From Octopus bimaculoides (lineage: Eukaryota): a stretch of 38,983 nt of DNA. The position numbers were made by a program, and so were the translations under genes. Positions 23,528 to 33,278 of the stretch are shown here, one piece after another (position 1 is the first letter of the stretch; every line of letters starts with the position of its first letter). The stretch lies in assembly GCF_001194135.2 (NCBI RefSeq), contig NC_068984.1:78753896-78792878 (forward strand), in the 5' to 3' direction. The notes under the pieces are model-generated. The model ran no database searches, had not been told where the DNA came from, and saw only the letters and a program-made list of their open reading frames with translations.

Positions 23528-23593
23528 TTTATTATTATTATTATTTACATTATTTACATTCGACGGATATTTGTCCTCATCTTGTTTGGTGTT

Positions 23594-23639
23594 AACTCAA
23601 CGTTTCGGCTGATATACCCTCTATCCTTCATCAGGTGTT
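23594..23639 (-). ncRNA. Minimal type-I hammerhead motif with mutated stems, inside a ~150-bp unit (23540-23687) between TAA tracts
   Basis: Minus: AACAC CTGATGA A GGATAG AGGGTATAT CAGCC GAAAC GTT GAGTT; palindromic AACGTT stem III, GUU site, stem I 4/5 pairs, stem II partly mismatched. Confidence 0.65.
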
Positions 23640-23686
23640 TTGGGGAAATTTCGAACCTGGGTTCTCATTCCTAAGGTATTTTTCGA

Positions 23687-23714
<28 letters not shown>

Positions 23715-23717
<3 letters not shown>

Positions 23718-24204
23718 TAGTTTTATTTTTATAACGTGCTTTCACTTCACTACCGAGCGCAGCTCTGTGCGCCTTGGGTATGTGCTGTGGTTTGCTGTGG
23801 TGCTCTTATGTTTACTGTATTGAAAGTGTTTTGCGTAGAATGTGTGCAGTACCCAGTAGTGCAATTTTCTGTATGTTATATATATTTGTAAGTCCTGGTG
23901 TTTTTGTTATGTATTTNNNNNNNNNNATTGTTTCTGTTTTTAGATTCCACATTCGAGTTATCTCTATTTCCAGGTGTTTGTATTTTGAAAGTTTTTCCAT
24001 TTCTTTTAGAGAAACGTTGTCATCTGCTGGTATTGAAACATCAATTAGAAGGCATTTTTTTCCTTCATGATCTTTGACAACTATATCTGGTCTATTTGCC
24101 TTAATTTCTCTATCTGTGTGTATTGGCATATCCCAGAGTATGGTTGCTTTCTCGTTTTCTGTGACCTTTTCTGGCGTGTGTTTATACCATCTTTTTTCTG
24201 TTGC

Positions 24205-24205
<1 letters not shown>
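23715..24205 (-). mobile_element. R4/Dong-like LINE 3' end (REL domain + 3' UTR + TAA tail)
   Basis: ORF 23812..24129: IHTDREIKANRPDIVVKD...LLIDVSIPADDN...EKLSKYKHLEIEITRMW; ends in ...actactg(aat)n. Confidence 0.92.
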
Positions 24206-24257
<52 letters not shown>

Positions 24258-24270
24258 TCACTGCTTGGAT

Positions 24271-24316
<46 letters not shown>

Positions 24317-24319
24317 GCA

Positions 24320-25351
24320 AAGAAAAACACACAGAACAAAACAAAAAATTGCTTTCAGTCTTTAAGGAGGCTGACAAATATAAAAAAGAAGTCATAGTAC
24401 CTAACAATTATGAAGAAAAAGAAGAATCAACAAAAGCTGTAAAACAACTGAAATCCAAACTAAAACTGGAACAGCAACTGATCATGATAAAACGATAGCA
24501 GGAAAAGCCATGGCAAATATTGGGTTAAACTAAACAGAAAAGAAATAGACAAAGCAAAATCCCAACAATGGCTGAGAAGCTCAGGACTCAAAGCAAAGAC
24601 TGAAGGATTTTTAATTGCAGTACAAGATTTAAGCCTTCCTACCAGAAATTACCAGAAGGCATGTAAAGAAAAAAATGCAAGTAACTGCAGAATAAGAGAA
24701 GAAACAATAAATCATATTGTCTCTGGCTGCCCAGTCCGGCTAAGAAGGAATATATTCACAGATACGACAAAGTTAGGACCTATATACACTGAAAGCTATG
24801 CCAACACTATAGAATAACAACAGAAAAAAGATAGTATAGGCACACGCCAGAAAAGGTCACAGAAAATGAAAAAGTAACCATACTCTGGGATATGCTAATA
24901 CATACAGATAAAGAAATTAAGGCCAATAGACAGGATATAGTTCTCAGAGATCATGAAGAAAATGCTTTCTAATCGATGTATCAATACCAACAGATGACAA
25001 TATTTCTCTAAAAGAAGGGGAGACACTTTCAAAATACAAAGATCTAGAAATAGAGGTAACTCAAATGTGGAATCGAAAAACAGAAACAATTCCTTTCATA
25101 GTAGGTGCCTTAGGTATAATAAAAAAATATTCAGACAAATACATAACAAAAACACCAGGACTTACAAATATATATAACACAGAAAATTGCACTACTGGGC
25201 ACTGCACACATCCTACGTAAAATACTTTCAATACAGTAACCATAAGAGCATCACAGCAAACCACAGCGCATACCCAAGGCACACGGAGCTGCGCTCGGTG
25301 GTGCAGTGAAAGCACATGATAGAAATAACACTACTGAATAATAATAATAAT
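24320..25351 (+). mobile_element. R4/Dong-like LINE 3' part, same family as 23715-24205 and 36862-37910
   Basis: EGFLIAVQD, ETINHIVSGCP, WDMLIHTDKEIKANRQDIV, IDVSIPTDD, IVGALG; ends in ctactg(aat)n at 25331-25351. Confidence 0.92.
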
Positions 25352-25359
25352 GTTAACGG

Positions 25360-25535
25360 TTCATATTTTTGCACAAGGCCAGCAATTTTTTTATAGGGAG
25401 TAGTAAGTCAATAACATCACCCCTCTCCTCATTACTTGATTGGTATTATATTTTATCGATCTCGATCAGATAAAAGGCAAGGTCGAGCTAAGCTGAATTT
25501 GAAATCAGAAGGTAAAACAGATGCTGCTAAGAATT
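25360..25535 (-). mobile_element. Degenerate SINE family A copy
   Basis: 'gcacaaggccagcaatttt...ttatcgat...aaaaggcaaggtcgag...gaatttgaaatcaga'. Confidence 0.7.
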
Positions 25536-25959
25536 TTAGACTGATGCGTTACCGATTCGTTCAGTTCAGTAAAACGTTAAGAAAATGTGTTCAAAAAATA
25601 GTTAGTGCTGTAAGGTGCCAAAGAAATAACTGAAATGTATAATTGAAATTATACTTGATCTCAACATATGAATTGCGAAAAATAATGCGATTCATAGTTT
25701 CCGTGTCTAATTGTAAGTACGTAGTCTGTTGCATAGTGTGCACATGTATTCATTGTTTAATCTGCCTATATGCTTACTAATAGATGTGTATATCAAAGCT
25801 GATGTACAGCATGTGTTTGTGCATGTGTGTTACAGTGAGTATTTATATATGTATGTTTGCCACAATAAGTGGTAATCATGTTAGTCACTGCATGTCTCTC
25901 AAGGCTTGACAATAACTTCTACTATGTCACTTACTTTGCTTTATATTCTTTAACAGGCT

Positions 25960-27150
25960 TGTAACCTAGATAATCTAGAATTTCGTCGTTAATGTGTTTG
26001 TAATGTCTTCGTAATCTGATACAGAACGACCATCAATAATCCAGCATCATTACGACCTGAAGTTACCGAATTAGGGATTTTGCAAAATCAGAGTGGTTAA
26101 GTTAGAATACACTTAATGCAACAGCTAACTGCTTCATCCTACCTTCAAAATATCCACGTAAATCAGTGCAATGTTCTCATAAGGAGCAGACTCAAGCATC
26201 ATTCCGGGCCACAATTCCTGCTATTTATTTTCCAGTATGGGTGCTTCTACAGATTTCTCATGATAGGCATCGCAGTAAATTATATATTTTACATTAAAAC
26301 CCTTGAGAAACTCACAAATTGGCCCGCCAGAGTTAATTACATTCAGTTGGCGCCTCATTAAATAGATGTGGTATTTAAACTTAAACGAACATAGTATATA
26401 TATTATTGTCCTGGAGGAGTAGGATTAATGATGCGTAATTAGGTGGATGGTAAATGCTAAAAACATTTTTTCGTTTTCACCAGAAGTTCTGCCATAGGCT
26501 GTATGGGTCGGTTTTCAAAAATATGCATTATTTTACAGTTGTGTTTTAGGCTAACAGAGTCATGTTTGGAGAACAAAATAATTTTCTAACCAATGCAATA
26601 AAATGTTAGCTGCTTTTCAATCTTTTTGTTCTCTCGATGAGGTGTGCCTTAACTTTAAAAGCCGTTGGACATAAATCTTTACCAACAACCAACTATTTAG
26701 ACCTATGGCATTAGAGTAACTCAGCACAGCGATACGATCTTTCGATGATTTATAACATTTTGTTAATTCTGTATCCACTATCATCAGTGTTTTTCTCGTA
26801 TCACATTTCGAAAAATGCAGTTTCATCTCCATTGTAGACCTGCCAAGTATTTATAGCTTCATCTGAAACTAATTCAGTGAACTCGTCAACAAACTTAACT
26901 ACTTCCTTGTCCATTGAACATTTTTAACCACTCGCTGCATGAAATATTAATCCATGTCGATCCGCACTGTAATATCACTCAAAACCTAGACCTAATGTTC
27001 ATGAAACTTTGGGTTTTGTTTTTTTCATCAAATCTCCAAACAACTCATCAAAACTGGACCTAATTCTGAACTTTTCCATCTTCCATTCCTTTCTTTTTAC
27101 ACAAGTATTTCCTTGCATTGCTGTTAGAAGAAAAAAAAAAAGTTGGTATT
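25960..27150 (-). mobile_element. pogo/Tigger (DDE_1-type) transposase fossil
   Basis: Minus: RHGL...SG*K, EFTELVSDE...QVYNGDETAF (26816-26842), KTLM...YKSSKDRIAVLSYSNAIG (SKDRIAVL at 26722-26745), LVVGK, YHPPNYASLI (HPPN at 26438-26449), ELWP. Confidence 0.82.
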
Positions 27151-27364
27151 TTTTTGCTTTTGTTTTTCTACGTCACAAACTGTGGGAAACCAATACTGTA
27201 TAACTCGCACTGACATTTTACAGACACACCACTGTCAAGTTTTTTCTTCTTCTTATCTTTAATAGACAACGTCCAGTGTTTGCGATTTACACAACGTGAA
27301 ACACTTTCTTTATTCATTGGAATCATGGCGCGAAATAAAAACGAACATATTATAATAATTCTTC

Positions 27365-27425
27365 ATGGGACTGAACTCAGAACTATACGGTTGGGAAGCA
27401 AACCTCTTACCACACAACCACACCA
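27365..27425 (-). mobile_element. SINE family B head, degenerate
   Basis: Minus: ggtgtggttgtgtggtaagaggtttgcttcccaacc...gagttcagtccca. Confidence 0.7.
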
Positions 27426-27874
27426 AGTCTGTTTTTTATTGCTTATGTTCTTTTTCATTTGCTTTTTTTCTCCCTCTCCTTATTCTATTATTTTCTCGTA
27501 CAGGATATTTGATTCTGACAAAGTATTTTATCCATTTCTTTATCATCATTTTTGTTTGGACGCGATTTCCGGGTTTATAAGGGCAGCATTAAATACATAT
27601 CATTATATTTCAATTAACTTTTACTGGTGAAATGATATTATGATTACATAAAATAATTGAAACGAACGCTTCGAATGTAAATAATTTGTTTTCTGTTATT
27701 CTTTCAATTATATTTGGCTCTTTTCCCAAGTTTAGTCTTCTCCAGTTATACACAACCTTTTACTTGGTTAAGTGTGCAGCACTGAAGTGTGGTGAGGGGT
27801 TACGTGGAATAAATATGAAACCCAATAACTACTGGTAACGTTTTATGCACTTAGAATATATCATAAATTATATA

Positions 27875-27992
27875 TGTGTGTTTGTATCGTGTCTGTGTGT
27901 GTGCGTGTGTATTTGCGTATGTGTGTCGGTGTGCGTATGTGTGTGTGTGTGAGAGAGAGCGAGAGAGAGAGAAAGAGAGACAAATAGAGAGT

Positions 27993-28038
<46 letters not shown>

Positions 28039-28055
28039 GAAAGAGAGAGAGAGTG
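27875..28055. repeat. (TG)n/(GA)n microsatellites; a further GA-rich array at 28435-28563
   Basis: Directly visible. Confidence 0.95.
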
Positions 28056-28525
28056 TGTATAGTAACGAGTACCCGAGAAAAATTAAAGGATATATTTTAA
28101 AGTATAATTCGTTTTTGGATTTGGTTTTGGATTTGGTTTTTTATGTGATTTCGTGTGTTGAAGCATATTCTGTTGTGTCTGGGGAGAGTCATTTTCTTAT
28201 TGTGCCTTAAAATTTAACGCACTCACCGTTAAAATTTCCACTTATATCTTATTTTTTATTTTCCAAAAATTTTCGTTGCGTCTTACAACCTTTTCAATAG
28301 TCTTGACTCTTTTAAAGTATAAACTAAGCAAATATATGCGTAAAACAGTAAGATAGATTTGGGTTTATACACAGGAATATAGACAGAATTAAGTTGACGG
28401 TAGAAGTAAGGGGCAATTTTTAACAGAGAAAGAAACTGGCGGGGAGAGAGAGTGGGGAGAGAGAGAGGGGAGAGAGAGAGGGGAAGAGGAGATAGAGAGG
28501 AGAGAGGGGGAGATAGAGAGGGGAA

Positions 28526-28564
<39 letters not shown>

Positions 28565-28721
28565 CTGTTAATGTCCCAAAGTAAGATATATTAGAAAGGT
28601 GAACCCTGTGTTACATAATTATTCTTTCACTCACTCAATGTCTATCTATTTGTCGGTTTGTCTGCCGGCCTGTCTGTCTGTTTGTTTTAATATTTTAATA
28701 TGTATTTAAGTGTATCTAATC

Positions 28722-28785
28722 ACAATTTTGCCGACCTCTAACACACAGTGCTCTAGCACTGTGTATTAGAGGCCGGCAATATTGT
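28722..28785. repeat. 64-bp near-perfect palindrome (31-bp arms, 3 mismatches, 2-nt spacer)
   Basis: acaattttgccgacctctaacacacagtgct-ct-agcactgtgtattagaggccggcaatattgt. Confidence 0.92.
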
Positions 28786-28865
28786 CAATTTCACTTTATC
28801 ACCAAATTTGTTAAGTAAAATGTCTTATATATATGTATGTATATGTATATAGCTTCTGGTAATGA

Positions 28866-29010
28866 AAACAAGGCCAGCAATTTTGAGGCAAGGGGTAGTG
28901 GTCGATACCATCGACCCGTGTGCTTGACTGGTGCTTTATTTCATCAGCTGCGGAGGGATGAAAGGCAAAGTTGATCCTGGTAGGATTTAAACTCAGAGCA
29001 TAAAGAGCTG
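28866..29010 (-). mobile_element. SINE family A copy
   Basis: 'caaggccagcaatttt...gtcgataccatcgacc...gggatgaaaggcaaagttga...atttaaactcagag'. Confidence 0.78.
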
Positions 29011-29303
29011 CATGGCCGTCATCTGCACCCTTTCCGTTTAGTAAATTACACTCACTACAGTTAAAAACCCTTGCTCATTCTGTTTGGGAACCACCTGAGG
29101 TTAGAGACAGGTGTTCTCTATATAGAATACACTTCAAAATGCTTAAGAAATTTAAACTTGAGCCCCTAGATTAGCAAATGTAATGAGAAGTTAGGCAAGT
29201 CGCTTTACACAAAACATTAAATGTACGTGTATGAATATAAAATAGTACGACATACAGAATATAAATGATATCAGGAGTTAAAAGGGTAGAATTTTACGAG
29301 ACT

Positions 29304-29390
29304 AACAGCCGTTTCTGGGGGCTTGGTGGTCGGAATAATGATAAGTTACTTGGATCTACTATTGGATAAGACCGCCTCCGTCTTCAGGGG
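29304..29390 (-). ncRNA. Degenerate type-I hammerhead motif with long stem II
   Basis: Minus: CTGAAGA CGGAGGC GGTC...GACC ACCAA GCCCCCA GAAAC GGCT GTT; stem II 5/7 + 4 bp; stem I not recoverable. Confidence 0.45.
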
Positions 29391-29429
29391 AAAATTTTAC
29401 ATTTGAGGTGTTGACAGGATGGAATTTAA

Positions 29430-29858
<429 letters not shown>

Positions 29859-29861
29859 ATA

Positions 29862-30035
29862 GTTCAAATTTACAGAAAACAAAAGATGAAGACAGGTATA
29901 GGAACAACAAGCAGGTGTATTAGTTTAACGCTCGGGAAAAATGGAAAAGTCTTTTACGTTTCGAGCCTACGCTCTTCAACAGAAAGGATTAAGAAGAAAA
30001 ATGGAGAGAGAATGAAAAATACGGAGAGAGAAAAG
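29862..30035 (-). mobile_element. HHR-bearing repeat family H1, most complete copy
   Basis: Reverse complement aligns with 10300-10519 and 35545-35730; ends ...ctgtaaatttgaacta against (CA)n. Confidence 0.85.
29951..29986 (-). ncRNA. Minimal type-I hammerhead variant (CUGUUGA core)
   Basis: Minus: CTTT CTGTTGA A GAGC-GTAG-GCTC GAAAC GTA AAAG; stems I and II perfect, AC|GT palindromic stem III, GUA site, A6 replaced by U. Confidence 0.68.
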
Positions 30036-30081
30036 AATTGCAGAGTTCATCAGTCCAACATGGCGTACATGTATGTATGTT

Positions 30082-30375
30082 TACATGGTCTGATCAATAA
30101 GTATCCCGACTGTTGCCATAGTAACGAAGCTAAAGCACGCAGAATGAAGTCGCTTGGCACAGATTGAACTTGAACTCTGCTGTCCATGCGCACTTAACTT
30201 TAACGTTCTAGCTCACTTCCGCTGTTTACAGCAGTGCTTGGAAGGAAAGTGTGTAACGTGTGATCGTCGCATTGACCATGACAAAGAAAGTTGAGCAGAG
30301 AATATGCATTAAATTTTGCCAAAAGTTTGGCGATACCTGCCCAGAGGCCTACGCAAAGTTTTCAAAAAGTTTTCA
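30082..30375 (+). mobile_element. Mariner 5' end (probable TIR, 5' UTR, N-terminal codons), different family from 1041-1908
   Basis: TA+CATGGTCTGATCAATAAGT terminus at 30082; ATG at 30278 gives MTKKVEQRICIKFCQKFGDTCPEAYAKF (mariner EQR.CIKFC motif). Confidence 0.8.
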
Positions 30376-31144
30376 TCCTTCTCGGAAAGCAGTTTTGGCA
30401 CAAACTTGAAAGGCACGCGTCTCATACCCAAATCTTTAGGAGTCACAGTAACACCCGAAACACGCACTTAAATCAAAGGCTTCTAAAAACAGACATGATC
30501 TAATATGTGTTATATCTACTTTTACAGCTCTTAAAAAGAACAATCAATTGCATTTTAAAAAGACAAATAGGAACATTTGATGTAATGCATGCTACATTAC
30601 ATTTCTGAAAATGTGATATACAGGGGGTATCTTGGAGATCAAAACCCACATATAATGGAACAAAACTGACTTCATATGCAGAAAGAGTAGTACAAAATTT
30701 TCCAAAAATTTTCCTAATCAACTCTTGCTAAAGAAACTTTTATCATTTTGCCATGCAGTGTTATATGTATGCTTAATCACAGTTGACCTACAATTACATA
30801 ACATAACAACGTCTCTTCCATCCTGCCTCGATATCAAATTCAAAAATTAAAATAAAATAGAATACAATAAAAATAAAATAAATAAATGAAAAAACGCATA
30901 GCATGCAAATGGACTTCTCAGTTAAGCCATATTTAAGCATATATTTATTTATTTATTTAAATTTAAATTTAATTTTCTTCGAGCAAAAAAAATTGTTGTG
31001 GCGCTTAAGATATGAGAATTTAATTAAAACGATTTCTTCTAAGAGTAAATTGATTTGGAGCAAAGCAATCGCTTGCGGTGTATTAATTATTATAGAAATG
31101 AGTTAATGCACATGGAAGATATTGAATAAAATCTTTCTTGTTGG

Positions 31145-31318
31145 TTATGCATGTATGAGAGTATGTATGTGTATGTATGCATGTATGTATGTATGTATGT
31201 ATGTATGTATGTATGTGTGTATACATGTATACATATATATGCATACCTATACATGTATACGTATATACGCATACATGTATACGTATACACGTATACATGT
31301 ACGTGTGTGCATGTATGT
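31145..31318. repeat. (TATG)n/(TATACG)-like microsatellite; another (TATG)n at 32510-32640
   Basis: Directly visible. Confidence 0.93.
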
Positions 31319-31647
31319 TCTCTTCTGTTTTTAATTATTTGAATTCTTCCTCTGAGGAAGAAGTTGGTTTCTAGCAAAGATGCAAAGTTCTATGGATGCA
31401 ATGTAGATATCAAGAACAAATTCACATATTAAACTCGAGAAAAATCTTGCATATATTTACTGTTCCACTTATAGATTGTATTTGCAATGTGCGAATTTTC
31501 TGGTTGATTTCTCTTTCTGAATACTTCGTTACTTATGCATTTACTCACTAAACCAAGTGCATCAATTATCATTATTATTGATATAATGTGAATTTGTGAT
31601 CTGGATATGAAAGCTTAAGGTTTCTAAGCAGTTGTCCGTAGTTGTCC

Positions 31648-32507
31648 GAAAGAAAACTCCAAATGACCCGTCCTCGTTTTCTTTGTATCACCTGTCTGGA
31701 TGTTTTGCGATCTTGTCCCATTTTTGTATTTTCTATATATAAAAAAAATATAGCGGCGTATGTACACTTTGGACTCTTGTATGTAAGTATATATGTATCT
31801 AAAACTTGTACGACTCTAGTATTTTTTCTATTCTTTCATTCTTTCCTTCTTTCTATCAGCACCTTCACACTTACTTCGTTCATTCCACTCTTCGTTCTTT
31901 CAATCCCCCTCTCTCACATTTCCTGGCCTTCTCTTCATGCTCACCTTCCCTCCTCTTTCACTTCACTCTGTCCCTTTCATTTTTTCTCGCCCCTCCTTAA
32001 TTCTTCTATCCTTCTGCCTCTACCACTCTCTCTTCTCTCCCTACGTGAACGGTTTTCTGCCAAGCCTGACCTTTCTTTCTTGGTTTGACTACCATCCGTG
32101 AGACATCTATATTCCTCCTTGTGCCTGTCAAACCTTATATCCCTGCCGTAAGGCTTTATTTCCACACACACCAGCCTAATTTAATTATTCGTCCTCAGTC
32201 GAAAGACATCTGTTGTTAATGTCCTGTCATTTGTATTTGTGTACCATTTCTCCGTTTTTTTTTCTGTCCTTGTTTTCGTATACATTCGCTGCTTTCTTCC
32301 AAGGAATCTAATGCCCTTTGCTTAGTTTTTCCTTGGGGATGGCCAGATTGGAGCAATCTCGAGTATAACCAGTCGAAATTGCAAAGATAATCTGGAACTC
32401 GACTGAGGAAAGAAAACTCCGAATGACCCGTACTTGTTTTCCTTGTATCGTCTGTCTGGATGTTTTGCGTTCTTGTCCCATTTTTGTATTTTTTTATATA
32501 CAAAAAC

Positions 32508-32515
<8 letters not shown>
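31648..32515 (+). mobile_element. Non-coding element with ~105-bp terminal direct repeats (offset 760 bp)
   Basis: gaaagaaaactcc.aatgacccgt...gtctggatgttttgcg.tcttgtcccatttttgtatt at 31648-31755 and 32408-32515; pyrimidine-rich interior. Confidence 0.75.
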
Positions 32516-32540
<25 letters not shown>

Positions 32541-32747
32541 TGTATGCATGTATGTATGCTTGAATGTGTGTATGTATGTATATATGTTTGTATGTATTTA
32601 TGTATGTATTATAAATGTTTGAATGTGTGCACTTACATATGTACCTATGTTTATATATAGGTACATGTATATCTTTGTGGATGTATTTTTCGTTTATGCA
32701 TTTGCTTTCCAAGATTCCTGATCTGAAACTGTGTGTAGAAACAGATA

Positions 32748-32987
32748 TTATATTTTGGGACGGTCATTTTTCTTCTTGCCAAATAAACACACGCAGTATA
32801 TATTCGTTCTTTACTCGATCATTATTATTCTTATTTTATCTTATGTCCATTGGCTGGAAATCTTTCGTCACACACCTGTGACCTCTTCGGCGACTCTCCA
32901 TCCTACATGTCTCCTCCTGGAGGAGACAACGAAAATATAGTGTGTGTATTTATTAAGCAAGAAAAAGAATGACCATCCAGAAATATA
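32748..32987. repeat. 60-bp inverted repeat pair (32748-32808 / 32928-32987) with a 21-bp palindrome (32908-32928)
   Basis: About 49/60 matches by eye; TGTCTCCTCC-T-GGAGGAGACA. Confidence 0.8.
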
Positions 32988-33236
32988 TCAACAAGTGTAT
33001 TTTTCCCTCTGCAGTATTCAAGCCGGCCACTCCAAAGTGAGAAGTGCTTTCTGTTTAAGCAGAGACAGCTCTTGTGGTCTATGAATATATGAATTAGTAC
33101 ACGAGTAAATAAATTTGCATTCATATGGTAAGTGTGCATGACACGCTTTAGTACTCTTATGTGAGTGAGCTTCATTTCTGTTTATGTGTTTGTATGATAC
33201 ATTACTGTTTGTGTGCGTGTGTGTGTGTTTGTGTCC

Positions 33237-33278
<42 letters not shown>

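Noticed and set aside
25960-26330. Protein-like minus frame (RLRRHYKHINDEILDYLGYKPVKE) as a host exon
   Set aside because: Colinear with the pogo/Tigger fossil and stop-interrupted; no splice context
30434-30470. CTTTAGGA...CCC GAAAC ACGC partial HHR resemblance
   Set aside because: Core has multiple substitutions; no NUH site or stem I
32403-32430. CTGAGGA AAG AAAA CTCC GAA in the direct repeat
   Set aside because: Lacks GAAA and stem III; other copy (31641) lacks CTGA
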